64,000 nucleotides of DNA from an uncultured bacterium (lineage in GTDB: Bacteria; Patescibacteriota; Dojkabacteria; J137). A program made the position numbers and the translations under genes. Shown piece by piece: positions 27,844 to 37,248 of the stretch (positions within the stretch are counted from its first letter, which is position 1; the number at the start of each line of letters is the position of its first letter). The notes beneath the pieces were generated by a model. That model searched no databases. It was not told the DNA's origin and saw only the letters and a list, made by a program, of their open reading frames with translations. The stretch covers positions 744,690-808,689 of the forward strand of contig OY969472.1 in NCBI GenBank assembly GCA_963700155.1, read 5' to 3'.

Positions 27844-29481
27844 TTAATTCTCTTGAGTTGCTTCTGGAGTGCTGAGTATTGCTTGATTATTCCCAATATC
27901 AAATTCAAAAATTGGAACCATTCTAGCTTGAAGTAATGGTGCAATATTTGGATCTACAGGTTCGTCTGCATAAGGCTCAGCACAGTAAAATCCAAGCAAA
28001 TCTCTTACAGGGTCAAGTGGCGGCCCATCATAATCTGAAAACTCGAGGATATCAACCGGCCCTCTTAAACCAGCAGCTTCATCTATAAAAGCTTGATTCA
28101 AAGCTTGGGTTTGTTGTGGGCTGATATAAAATAATCCTATTAATTTACCGTGTTCAGTATTCCCATTTTGAGTTATCGTGAATGGTGCATCTTTATAATA
28201 ATCTCGCCTTATCTTTCCTTCTGCTGAAGTAACATTAGTCCAGGCTAATTGGCTTCCAGTTTCTTCTACGTCTGCTCTTAATGGATCTGCAGGAAATTGG
28301 GACCCGTTTGCTAAATATCCTGAGTGAATAGTTTGAACTAAAACTCCATTATATTGCATCCAAACTGGATTGTCTTGTGCAAAAGGATCTCCAGCTAAAA
28401 AATTATCAGTAGGATTCATTTGTCTAGGATAAATTAGTAAATCAAATTCATTTCTGTTCCAAACTTGAGCAGGCTTTTCTATAACTAATTCAGTTAATGG
28501 ACCTTTCTCAATACCAATAGTCCCAAAGTTAATTGAACCTATATGGAAAGGCACAAAATTTTCTACTTCAAATCTTGGTATGATTGATAAAGTTGTTGGT
28601 CTATTCATTCCAAATAGATTCCAGAATTGTATATCTGGAACTGTAAGATTTGGATCTCTTCTACGATATAATCCAATAAATACATCTCTAAAAGCATTAT
28701 TTAATTGGATAATAAACTCAGGGTTCATAAAGTCTTCTGGAGTATATTTAACTTTACCTCCTGTTAGTATATCTGATGCTAAATTACTCAATATTTGGAA
28801 AGCTTGATCAACTGTAAGGTTAGTTCCAACTCCCTGGATATAATAATCATACGAATTTCCATTAATTCCATGTTCTTCTTTATATGCTTGTTGAATAATT
28901 TCTAAAAAGGCTCTAAAGTTACCGTAAGTGATTTCAGAATATAATTGTTCAGGAGTTTGTATACCTGCAACTTCATTTAAATAGCCATTATTATATAACC
29001 CTGCAGCAACAGCATTATATTGCAACGATTGCAGAAATTCTTCTGCAACTAAACTTTGAGTTACATTACTTAAATGATCCTTCCCAAAAGATATACTGCT
29101 AAACTGAACAGTACCATCTCCGCTCACCTCCATCATCGTAGATCCCCAGCTTCCTCCTCTATTGTGCTCAATATCATAAGTAATTTCATCACTTGTAATA
29201 ATGGGTATTTGGTCAATAAATGCTTCAATTTGAGCATCGCTCATTTCAGGGTGAAATAGCTTGACACTATTATGTATAAAGCTTCTAATTTCAGGATTAT
29301 TAAATGCGTAATTGATTGAGGGATATTGATTATGTGGAATGATAATTGCATCTGGTGATAAAACAATATTTATAGGTGTTGGATCAGCTGGTAAATTTGA
29401 TTGTGCATCAATAGATTGTTGTGAACCAATCCCAAGCATTGATGCTGTTATTGCCAGTGCCGCTAAACTCTTTCTATTCAT
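27844..29481 (-). CDS. Secreted hypothetical protein (545 aa, signal peptide)
   Basis: It has an N-terminal signal peptide (MNRKSLAALAITASMLGIG) and no recognisable catalytic motif. Confidence 0.5.
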   Translation of the reverse strand: MNRKSLAALAITASMLGIGSQQSIDAQSNLPADPTPINIVLSPDAIIIPHNQYPSINYAFNNPEIRSFIHNSVKLFHPEMSDAQIEAFIDQIPIITSDEITYDIEHNRGGSWGSTMMEVSGDGTVQFSSISFGKDHLSNVTQSLVAEEFLQSLQYNAVAAGLYNNGYLNEVAGIQTPEQLYSEITYGNFRAFLEIIQQAYKEEHGINGNSYDYYIQGVGTNLTVDQAFQILSNLASDILTGGKVKYTPEDFMNPEFIIQLNNAFRDVFIGLYRRRDPNLTVPDIQFWNLFGMNRPTTLSIIPRFEVENFVPFHIGSINFGTIGIEKGPLTELVIEKPAQVWNRNEFDLLIYPRQMNPTDNFLAGDPFAQDNPVWMQYNGVLVQTIHSGYLANGSQFPADPLRADVEETGSQLAWTNVTSAEGKIRRDYYKDAPFTITQNGNTEHGKLIGLFYISPQQTQALNQAFIDEAAGLRGPVDILEFSDYDGPPLDPVRDLLGFYCAEPYADEPVDPNIAPLLQARMVPIFEFDIGNNQAILSTPEATQEN

Positions 29482-29574
29482 AGATGTAATAATAACTTAT
29501 AAATATGAATTTGAAAAGAAGAATTGCTATTTGTACGGTGTATCAAGCTTTAAGAGAATATACCCAGTGAATAA

Positions 29575-29647
29575 TGAGCGGTAGAGGGTTCGAACCTCTG
29601 ACCTTACCCACGTCAAGGGTGCGCTCTACCAGCTGAGCTAACCGCTC
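29575..29647 (-). tRNA. tRNA-Val (anticodon GAC); no encoded CCA
   Basis: I folded the cloverleaf by hand. The acceptor is GAGCGGT/ACCGCTC, the D-loop is AGCTGGTA, the anticodon loop is TTGACGT, and the T-loop is TTCGAAC. There is one C27-A43 mismatch. Confidence 0.75.
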
Positions 29648-29656
29648 ATCATTTAA

Positions 29657-30256
29657 TTATTTAGTAGCTTCGCTCTCTTTTTTTATTATCTTATCAACCA
29701 ATCCGTATTTTACCGCATCTTGAGCAGTCATGTAAAAGTCTCTATCCATATCTTTCTCAACTTTTTCTTTTGATTGTCCTGATCTTTCAACTATCATATC
29801 TCTAAGTAGATCTTTAAGTCTTAAAATCTCTTTTGCTGTGATAGCTATATCGCTTGCTTGTCCCTCTGCTCCGCCTAAAGGTTGATGCATATGTATCATA
29901 GCATTTTCAAGAGCAAATCTTTTTCCTTTTGCACCATTTGCAAGAATCATTGTTCCCATCGAGGCTGTTGAACCTACTGCAATAGTTATAACATCGGGTT
30001 TAATATAATTCATAGTGTCAATTATTGCTAATCCTGAATAAACTACTCCTCCTGGGCTGTGAATATAAAGTTGAATATCTTTGTTAGGGTCTTCTTTTGT
30101 TAAAAAAAGCATTTGTGCTACAACTGCGTCTGCAACTTGATCATCAATAGCTGTTCCTAAAAATATAATCCTGTCTTTTAGTAATCTTGAATAAATATCG
30201 TATGCTCGCTCTCCTTCTCTAGATTTTTCTATTACAGTAGGAATTAAATAACTCAT
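29657..30256 (-). CDS. clpP: ATP-dependent Clp protease proteolytic subunit
   Basis: It has the catalytic Ser context GSTASMG and the His motif IHMHQP. It is 199 aa. Confidence 0.9.
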   Translation of the reverse strand: MSYLIPTVIEKSREGERAYDIYSRLLKDRIIFLGTAIDDQVADAVVAQMLFLTKEDPNKDIQLYIHSPGGVVYSGLAIIDTMNYIKPDVITIAVGSTASMGTMILANGAKGKRFALENAMIHMHQPLGGAEGQASDIAITAKEILRLKDLLRDMIVERSGQSKEKVEKDMDRDFYMTAQDAVKYGLVDKIIKKESEATK

Positions 30257-30405
30257 GATTTTTCTTTAATATTTAAGATTGTTTTTAAGTCTCATTAGCA
30301 AATATTATATCATACTGCTAATTTATTAAAAGATTTAATTAAAATATTGTTACTAGATAAGAAGATATTGAACAAGAAGAATTTTTAAAATATTTAAAAC
30401 TGAAA

Positions 30406-30425
30406 AGTCCCTTTTTCAAGGGACT
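30406..30425 (-). terminator. Hairpin AGTCCCTT-tttc-AAGGGACT followed (minus strand) by T-rich run
   Basis: It lies about 240 nt downstream of the DUF192 gene stop on the minus strand. The assignment is tentative. Confidence 0.3.
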
Positions 30426-30666
30426 CCTCAGTTGCACTTTTAACTATTTTTACTGCTTTTGTTTAACTTTTCTAATCAAATTATATGCTTGAGAATAACT
30501 TATGTCAACTAATTTATTGAGAAAAATTTTATTGTGCAATAAATAAAATTGTAATCCTAGGAAACCTTACCACACAATAATAATAAGGCTGTATAAAATT
30601 TTTCTCTACTTAGCTAAATTGTACAAATAATTACTATATGTTCAATAGTTTTGTACAAGTATTTTA

Positions 30667-31134
30667 TTAATTTAATGTAAATTTATCTCCAATTTTTAAA
30701 TTATGATTTTCACTCCATCCAGAGTTAACTTCGATTGTAAATTGAGAAGGAATTTTAGAAGAATAAGTCTCTAAAGTTTGATTTGGTCTTGTGGACTTAT
30801 ATAATTGCACTACTTTCAGATTTTTATCTAAATAAATTATATCTAGTGAAATTAATGTATTTTTCATCCAGAAATTTCTCTGAGTTTCATCGTCAAAAAT
30901 GAAAAGCATTCCTGAATTTACTGAAATATTAGTTCTATTCATTAAACCATATTCTTGCTTTTGTGAGGATCTAGCTACTTCAAGATTAAGAATAGTATTA
31001 TCAAACTTGAAGTAAACATTATCTGAATCTGATAAATTTAGTAAATTTGTTGATTGTGCTCTTATTGAGAAGAACAGAAAAATAACGATTAATGTTAATA
31101 GGATTATTAATATTGTTACTATAAATTTTTTCAT
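30667..31134 (-). CDS. DUF192-family secreted/anchored protein
   Basis: It has an N-terminal TM followed by YGLMNRT...GMLFIFDDETQRNFWMKNTLISLDIIYLD, the DUF192 pattern. Confidence 0.5.
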   Translation of the reverse strand: MKKFIVTILIILLTLIVIFLFFSIRAQSTNLLNLSDSDNVYFKFDNTILNLEVARSSQKQEYGLMNRTNISVNSGMLFIFDDETQRNFWMKNTLISLDIIYLDKNLKVVQLYKSTRPNQTLETYSSKIPSQFTIEVNSGWSENHNLKIGDKFTLN

Positions 31135-31143
31135 TATTTTGCT

Positions 31144-33057
31144 TTAAAATCTTCTTTTAAAGTTTTTTTCTATTTCTGATCTTTCAAGCTGCCAGATTGT
31201 TGGCCTGCCATGGGGGCAATTATAAGGATTTTTTAAAGTTAATAAGTTTTTGATAATACTTACCATTTCTTCTCTCTCAAGCTTTTGTCCTGCTCTTATG
31301 CTCCCATGGCAGGCTGTGGTCGCTAAAAGCATATATACTTCTTTATTTAATTTAGGATAAATATCTTTTTCACTTTCATAAGTTTTTTCAAGATCAGTGT
31401 TCATATTCAAGACCTCATCTATGTAATCCTGAATATCTATATTCTCTACAGCTTCAGGAATTTCGAGAATCTGAATAGAATCTTGACCAAAGTCTTCTAA
31501 GATTATTCCGATATTTTTTAGCTCTTCTTTCTTTTCCAGGAGTAATTCTTTATCATGTCGTTTTAACTCTAGAATCTCTGGTATTAGTAGTGGCTTTGTT
31601 TTCAGCTCACCAAGATTTAAGTACAATCTTTCAAATAAGATTTTTTCAGCTGAAGCATGTTGATCAAGCATTATTAATTTGTTGTCTTTTTCAAAAAGAA
31701 TATATGTATTAAAAAGCTGAAATACTTTATCATATTTCATTTCTTGCTGAGTAATTTGTGAATCTGAGCCTTGAATTATTGCCTCATTTTTATCATTATA
31801 AAGCGCTTTCTTTTCTTCAGAATCTGAATTTAAAAATTCTTGGAAATTTTGTGATTTTGAACTATCAATCAAGTTCTTGGTAAAAGAAAGCGCCTCCTGA
31901 ACTTTCCCTTTGGGAGCTTTTTGCTTAAATGAATAATTTGAAGTTTTATCGTTAGCTAAAAAACTTGGTTTTTGTGTTGTGTGTCCAAAGAAATCATTTG
32001 ATGCTGAATCTTGTCTATTCTCAGAATCAAAATTATCCTGCAGAGTATCTGTAATAATTGATTTTGTTGAAGTTTCTAAGGTCTTTCTACATAATGAATA
32101 AACATATCTGAAAATTTCTTGAGAATTTAAAAATCTGATTTCCGTTTTTCTTGGATGAATATTTACATCTATTTGAGATGGATCTATTTCAATAAATAAA
32201 AAGTATGCTGGTTTTAGATCTTTATGAATAAAACCTTTGTAAGCCTCTAATACTGCTGTTGCTACAATTTTATTAATAACAAATCTTCTATTTACATAGG
32301 TATATTGAAAGTTATAACTTTTCTTCCCTATTTCCGGCTTTCCAAAATAGCCTGTTATCTTTATCTGTCCGTTATCAAAAGTTTTCATTTCGAAAAGATT
32401 GGATGCAGTTTGTTTCCCAAAAGCCTCAAATACTCTATTCTTAAAACTTTCTGCTTTAGTTAACCTATAAACTAATCTGTCGTTATGATAAAGTTCAAAA
32501 TGAATATTCAAATGTGGTAAAGCAATATTTAGAAATGTTTCAGTAAGATGTTTTAGCTCTACAGCATTTGATTTCAGGAATTTTTTTCTTGCAGGTATAT
32601 TTTTAAAAATATTATAAATTGATATTTTAGTTCCTTTTTCTGTTTGTGTAGATTTTGCAAAATCTTCTTTAGTATTTTCAATCGTAAGTTTAACAGCTTC
32701 GCCGTTTTCTATTTTGCTTTGTAGTTCAACTCTTTCCGCAACTGATGAAATACTTGCTAAAGCTTCACCTCTAAAACCAAATGAAAGTATCTTATGTAAA
32801 TCTTCTTCATTATTAATTTTCGATGTAGCATGCTGTTTAAAGGCCATTTTTGCATTTTCTTGATCCATTCCTACTCCATTATCTTTAACTTCAATTAATT
32901 CGTTTCCATAGTCTTTTATATTTACGATAATTTTTGAACTCTCAGCATCGATTGAATTCTCTAAAAGTTCTTTTAGAACAGATGATGGACGCTCCACTAC
33001 CTCGCCAGCAGCAATAAGGTTTATTAAATTTTGAGGTAAAATTCTAATTTTATTCAT
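31144..33057 (-). CDS. mutL: DNA mismatch repair protein MutL
   Basis: It has the GHKL ATPase motifs ELLENSIDA, DNGVGM and GFRGEALASI. It is 637 aa. Confidence 0.85.
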   Translation of the reverse strand: MNKIRILPQNLINLIAAGEVVERPSSVLKELLENSIDAESSKIIVNIKDYGNELIEVKDNGVGMDQENAKMAFKQHATSKINNEEDLHKILSFGFRGEALASISSVAERVELQSKIENGEAVKLTIENTKEDFAKSTQTEKGTKISIYNIFKNIPARKKFLKSNAVELKHLTETFLNIALPHLNIHFELYHNDRLVYRLTKAESFKNRVFEAFGKQTASNLFEMKTFDNGQIKITGYFGKPEIGKKSYNFQYTYVNRRFVINKIVATAVLEAYKGFIHKDLKPAYFLFIEIDPSQIDVNIHPRKTEIRFLNSQEIFRYVYSLCRKTLETSTKSIITDTLQDNFDSENRQDSASNDFFGHTTQKPSFLANDKTSNYSFKQKAPKGKVQEALSFTKNLIDSSKSQNFQEFLNSDSEEKKALYNDKNEAIIQGSDSQITQQEMKYDKVFQLFNTYILFEKDNKLIMLDQHASAEKILFERLYLNLGELKTKPLLIPEILELKRHDKELLLEKKEELKNIGIILEDFGQDSIQILEIPEAVENIDIQDYIDEVLNMNTDLEKTYESEKDIYPKLNKEVYMLLATTACHGSIRAGQKLEREEMVSIIKNLLTLKNPYNCPHGRPTIWQLERSEIEKNFKRRF

Positions 33058-33324
33058 AGGTATTTTATTTTACACTAAAGTCTCTAATTTTGAAGCTTAT
33101 CTACAAAATAATAGTGTTTTGTTACGTATTATTACTAAAAAATAGATGCAAAATGTTATACATATTAACGAAATTCAAGCTTTCCAAGGCATTGTATAAA
33201 TTCTAAGTCTATTCTTAGTAGATATTTAAATTTAATACTGTTAAAAATATTTCTTAATCTACTTTAAATAGATATATTTTAATATAATCTCTAAAAACAA
33301 CTAATTATTTTGGAAATATATTTC

Positions 33325-33699
33325 TTAGGGTTCAGCCTCTACCCCGTCTGGATTAATGTATAAAAATCCGGAAAGTAGATAGCATTCGAAAATCGAAAGA
33401 TTAAGAATAATTGCTAAAGATCTAACAATATTAAAAGAAGGTACTACTTCATTATTTATAATTCTGGATATATATGAAGAATTAACATGGAAATGATTAG
33501 CACTAATAACTCTTGCACTCTCATTGAGACCAAATTTTAATACTAGTGGCCGTATCATTTCAGCAAATGGCTTCGATTGTTCAAGTGTAGTATGTGATCT
33601 GAATCCTAATCTATTTGAATCAAAAAGAAATTGAGCGATTTCAATTAGTTTTTCAGTGTCTTTAGATAAAGTATCTACAACAAATGAGTTTATATCCAT
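33325..33699 (-). CDS. Putative XRE-family helix-turn-helix protein
   Basis: The C-terminal HTH-like segment reads ARVISANHFHVNSSYISRIINNE. Confidence 0.4.
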   Translation of the reverse strand: MDINSFVVDTLSKDTEKLIEIAQFLFDSNRLGFRSHTTLEQSKPFAEMIRPLVLKFGLNESARVISANHFHVNSSYISRIINNEVVPSFNIVRSLAIILNLSIFECYLLSGFLYINPDGVEAEP

Positions 33700-33737
33700 A
33701 TTTAGGATATTATCATAATTTTACAAAACTGAAGATT

Positions 33738-35024
33738 TTATCTGCCCTTCTCTATCTTTGCACCAAGTCGTCTTAAGACCTGAATTATTTCAGGGAATCT
33801 TCTATAAAGTATATCTGCATTGTCAATTACAGTTGTACCTGATGCAGATAAAGCTGCAAGAACAAGAGCATGTGTACATTGCAGAATTGTTGAAGAATTG
33901 ATTTGTGTCCCTTTAAAACTACTTTCTCCAAGTGTAATAATTTGATTAGGGTTGGTCATTGTAAACTTTGCTTGCATCTTGAATAACTCCGTATATAGCT
34001 CGATAAGCTGTACTTCATACATATTTGAGTAAACTCTTATCGAACCACCGGCTTTTAATGCTAAAACTAAGGCTTGTGGAATTAAATCCACTGGAAATCC
34101 AGGCCATGGTTCATCTTTAATCTTATCCATATCGCCCTTTAAATTAGGTTTAGCGATTAATTTTTGCTTTCCCGGTACAAAGATATCCTCATCTCTTATT
34201 TCGACCTTTAAATTGAGTTTAGCGAAGTTATTAATAATTTGGGTCATATGTTGAGGAATTGCATTCTTAATTGTAATTTCTCCACCTGTAACTGCAGCAG
34301 CTACAATTAAACCTCCAATATCAATATGATCAGGTGGAACAGTCCATTCCCCTCCACTTAAACTCTCAACACCATCAATAATTAGTCGATTTGTTCCAAT
34401 TCCTTGAATTTGTGCCCCTAAATAATTTAAGAAATTGCATAAATCTTGAGTATGAGGTTCACAAGCAGCATTATAAATTATAGTTCTTCCCTTAGCTTTT
34501 ACAGCTGCTAAAATTAGGTTTTCTGTTCCTGTTACAGAAGCTTCTAATAGCCAAACATTTTCATTCCCTTTTAATCCTGGAGTTGATAGTTTATATCCAT
34601 CATTTTTATCTAAGTGTACATTTAATTCTTGAAGACCTTGAAACATTGCATCAAGTGGGCGATTCCCGAGCTTGCATCCCCCTCCATCTTTAATGGAAGC
34701 TCTTCCAAACCTCTCCAAAAGAGGACCTAAAAATATAAAAGTTGCTCTTTCTTTTGAAGCTAAAACCTCGTCAATATCTGGAGTTTTTATTGTTGTTCCA
34801 TCTAATCTTATACTGTTTCCTTCTAAGTATGATACTTTACCTCCAAGTTGTTTAAAAACATGGAGCATTACCCTAACAGAACTACTTTTAGGGACATTGT
34901 GAATAGTCACAGGTTCATCCGCTAAAACACATGCAGGAATTAACTTTACAATAGAATTCTTGTTTGGCATCGGTTCAACTTCGCCATGCAAATCATAACC
35001 TCCTGTTATTTTTAATGAAGACAT
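33738..35024 (-). CDS. murA: UDP-N-acetylglucosamine 1-carboxyvinyltransferase MurA
   Basis: It has the EPSP-synthase fold with a Cys-containing catalytic loop GGGCKLGNRPLD. It is 428 aa. Confidence 0.85.
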   Translation of the reverse strand: MSSLKITGGYDLHGEVEPMPNKNSIVKLIPACVLADEPVTIHNVPKSSSVRVMLHVFKQLGGKVSYLEGNSIRLDGTTIKTPDIDEVLASKERATFIFLGPLLERFGRASIKDGGGCKLGNRPLDAMFQGLQELNVHLDKNDGYKLSTPGLKGNENVWLLEASVTGTENLILAAVKAKGRTIIYNAACEPHTQDLCNFLNYLGAQIQGIGTNRLIIDGVESLSGGEWTVPPDHIDIGGLIVAAAVTGGEITIKNAIPQHMTQIINNFAKLNLKVEIRDEDIFVPGKQKLIAKPNLKGDMDKIKDEPWPGFPVDLIPQALVLALKAGGSIRVYSNMYEVQLIELYTELFKMQAKFTMTNPNQIITLGESSFKGTQINSSTILQCTHALVLAALSASGTTVIDNADILYRRFPEIIQVLRRLGAKIEKGR

Positions 35025-35076
35025 ATTTATTAATTAATGTTGATTAAGATTATTTCAAATTATAGGCTGAATATCT

Positions 35077-35319
35077 TTAACCTTCAAGATCTATGTCACC
35101 TAATAAGGTTGTTACATCAAAACCTTTTCCAGTGCCATATTCAACCAGTTTGATTTCATCATCATCATCAGGTGTAGATTCGATCTGGGGAAGATAACCC
35201 TCTCGGATCAATTCTAGAAATTCAGATTGCTCTTCATCAGTAATTTTTCGTGAAGATATCCTTTGATTTAGAAAGTTAATTCGTGCTTGTTTTGTTGTAG
35301 GATCACTATCTAAGCTCAT
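35077..35319 (-). CDS. Hypothetical acidic protein (80 aa)
   Basis: This is an ORF with no recognisable motif. Confidence 0.4.
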   Translation of the reverse strand: MSLDSDPTTKQARINFLNQRISSRKITDEEQSEFLELIREGYLPQIESTPDDDDEIKLVEYGTGKGFDVTTLLGDIDLEG

Positions 35320-35336
35320 TATATTGGTAGTAATAA

Positions 35337-35413
35337 TGGTGAGCGCTGAGGGATTCGAACCCCCGACCCTCTCGGTGTAAACGAGATGCTCTAGCCAGCT
35401 GAGCTAAGCGCTC
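35337..35413 (-). tRNA. tRNA-Val (anticodon TAC) with encoded CCA
   Basis: I folded the cloverleaf by hand. The acceptor is GAGCGCT/AGCGCTC, the anticodon stem is TCTCG/CGAGA with loop TTTACAC, and the T-loop is TTCGAAT. The 3' end carries CCA. Confidence 0.8.
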
Positions 35414-35542
35414 GATAACAAATACTACAGATTTTTAAAGCTTTAACTCTAGCTCCCATAAAGGGACTAATATCTTCTTTTATTCGACTACACTTCGCTT
35501 GTCTCACAAAGAATCTCTTGAGCAGCTGAGCTAAGCGCTCGA
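35414..35542 (-). repeat. tRNA-linked conserved element, copy A (~128 nt) immediately upstream of tRNA-Val(TAC); its distal end duplicates tRNA-Val nt 1-19
   Basis: It is homologous to 54935..55063, sharing long identical runs such as TTTTTAAAGCT, GGGACTAA and ACAAAGAATCTCT. The segment AGCTGAGCTAAGCGCTCG duplicates the tRNA 5' end. Confidence 0.55.
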
Positions 35543-35574
35543 AAAACGAGCACTGTATTATATCTTATTTTCTT

Positions 35575-35617
35575 ATAATGGTGAATAGTAATTATTTGTA
35601 ATCCCTCAGCGCTCACC
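35575..35617. repeat. Two short fragments of the tRNA-Val(TAC) 3' end: direct copy ATAATGGTGA (35575-35584) and 18-nt inverted copy AATCCCTCAGCGCTCACC (35600-35617)
   Basis: The inverted copy is the exact reverse complement of 35338-35355. Read as a scar, this would be an att-site-like remnant of past integration. Confidence 0.4.
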
Positions 35618-35621
35618 AAAA

Positions 35622-36311
35622 CTATTTAATTTCAAAAGTATTTGCAATATTAAACAATACTTCTTTATTAACACTGTCTGTAGAATTAGTAATTGTTAAA
35701 ATATAAGTTTGGTCCCTTTTTGTATCTGGAAAATAATATTGATCCTGTTCGATATTTATATTTCCTTTTGATGCATTCCATAAAACATGGCAAGCATCAT
35801 TACTTCCATATGTCCCTAATGAATAATTTAACGAGGTTTTATCAACAATATAACCTTCATCTGTTAAAGTTGAAGTAGCATTTTGGCCAAGACTTAAACA
35901 ATTAGTATAACTTAGATCGAATGAGCTGTTTGTTATTATAATACTAGCGTTATCATTCCCATTATTTGTATTTTTTTCTTTAAGTGATAAAAGAACAGAT
36001 GAATAATTATTTGAAGTTACAGAATCTTTTAAATTTAGTTTAGAATTATCATATTTGAAAGTAAAATCTATTGAATAATCACCAGTATAATTTACCTCAT
36101 TTGTATTTGTATCTGTAGAATTATTTAAATCTTGTTGAGTTGATTCATTTGAATTTTGTGAACAAACTCCACTCGTTGGATTTGCTGAAGGGCCTTTATA
36201 GAAACATGTACCATCTATTTCAAAATACCCAAAAAAGAATAAGATTCCACCTAAAATTATCATAAAACATAGGAGCAATAAACAACCTCCAACAAGAATC
36301 TTTTTCTTCAT
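35622..36311 (-). CDS. Secreted/anchored Asn/Ser/Thr-rich low-complexity protein (229 aa)
   Basis: It has an N-terminal TM followed by polar low-complexity sequence. Confidence 0.45.
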   Translation of the reverse strand: MKKKILVGGCLLLLCFMIILGGILFFFGYFEIDGTCFYKGPSANPTSGVCSQNSNESTQQDLNNSTDTNTNEVNYTGDYSIDFTFKYDNSKLNLKDSVTSNNYSSVLLSLKEKNTNNGNDNASIIITNSSFDLSYTNCLSLGQNATSTLTDEGYIVDKTSLNYSLGTYGSNDACHVLWNASKGNINIEQDQYYFPDTKRDQTYILTITNSTDSVNKEVLFNIANTFEIK

Positions 36312-36378
36312 TTTCTAGTTATATAAAAGTTTAATAATTTAGTATATACAAGATATAATTTTATTTATATAAAGAATC

Positions 36379-36822
36379 TTATTTATCTGCTAATTTCTCA
36401 AGCAATTTTTCTTGATATTCCAAATGTTGGAAGACTGCTTCTAGCTCTCTCTCAGTTCTTATGTTTATTTCAAAATCAGCAGATGCACGTTCATGAGCTA
36501 CTTTATCCTGAAGGTTTTCTGCAATTAATAATAGTGGTAATAATATAAGTTGAATTACATTTGAAACAAATAGCCAGAGTACGAAAGCAGGATATGGATC
36601 AAACCTTAAATGTTCAGGAGCAAAAGTATTCCATAGCAGCCAAACTGCAGTCCATAAAAACAATATTATGAAAAATCCAAATGTCCCGACTTTATCCGAA
36701 ATTGCCATCGAGATTCTCTCAGCTTTTGATAATTTAGAAAGTCTTGCTTTATAATAATTTTGTAAAGGTACTCTTTTTTTCTTTATTTCTTCAAGGGATA
36801 TTGGTTTTTCTTGTTCTGTCAT
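36379..36822 (-). CDS. DUF1003-like membrane protein
   Basis: It has two TM helices and the FDPYPAFVLW...NLQDKVAHERASADFEIN pattern typical of DUF1003. Confidence 0.45.
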   Translation of the reverse strand: MTEQEKPISLEEIKKKRVPLQNYYKARLSKLSKAERISMAISDKVGTFGFFIILFLWTAVWLLWNTFAPEHLRFDPYPAFVLWLFVSNVIQLILLPLLLIAENLQDKVAHERASADFEINIRTERELEAVFQHLEYQEKLLEKLADK

Positions 36823-37077
36823 AATTTGATTTAATAATTAATAAAAGTAATTGTATTTTAATAAAAAGTTCAATAAAGAGCAAAGTTGTATATCCTATAG
36901 TAGTTTTTTGTTTTGTTCATTAAATTTACTCTAACTTTATATCTCTTGTTCAGATATGAATTTCTATGTAAATATATACTAAACATTTATACTTTGTCAC
37001 TTTTGTATATAGAAAACTATTGTTCAGTTATATACCTAGTGATATACTAAGAATAAGAATATTAATAACAATCGCTT

Positions 37078-37248
37078 ATGACAACTTCAAATAATGCTCA
37101 AGTTTTGGGTGTAGGAATTGCTGGTGGATCCGGTTTAACATTATTAGGTGTACCTGTTGAAACTTCAGTAGCAATAGGTATCGGGGTCCTTTTTATTTTG
37201 CTTTGTGCATATTTAGTTTATAAATTCCGAAATAGAAAATTTAGATGA
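37078..37248 (+). CDS. Small membrane protein (56 aa) translationally coupled (ATGA overlap) to the downstream GT2 synthase; IcaD/PgaD-like accessory candidate
   Basis: The product is MTTSNNAQVLGVGIAGGSGLTLLGVPVETSVAIGIGVLFILLCAYLVYKFRNRKFR. Its stop overlaps the start of the 37245 gene. Confidence 0.4.
   Translation: MTTSNNAQVLGVGIAGGSGLTLLGVPVETSVAIGIGVLFILLCAYLVYKFRNRKFR

Noticed and set aside
30257-30666. 410-nt gene-free region upstream of clpP as a possible ncRNA (tmRNA/SRP/RNase P)
   Set aside because: I could not recognise any conserved motif of those RNAs. It contains only one short hairpin at 30406-30425, so it is probably promoter or leader sequence.
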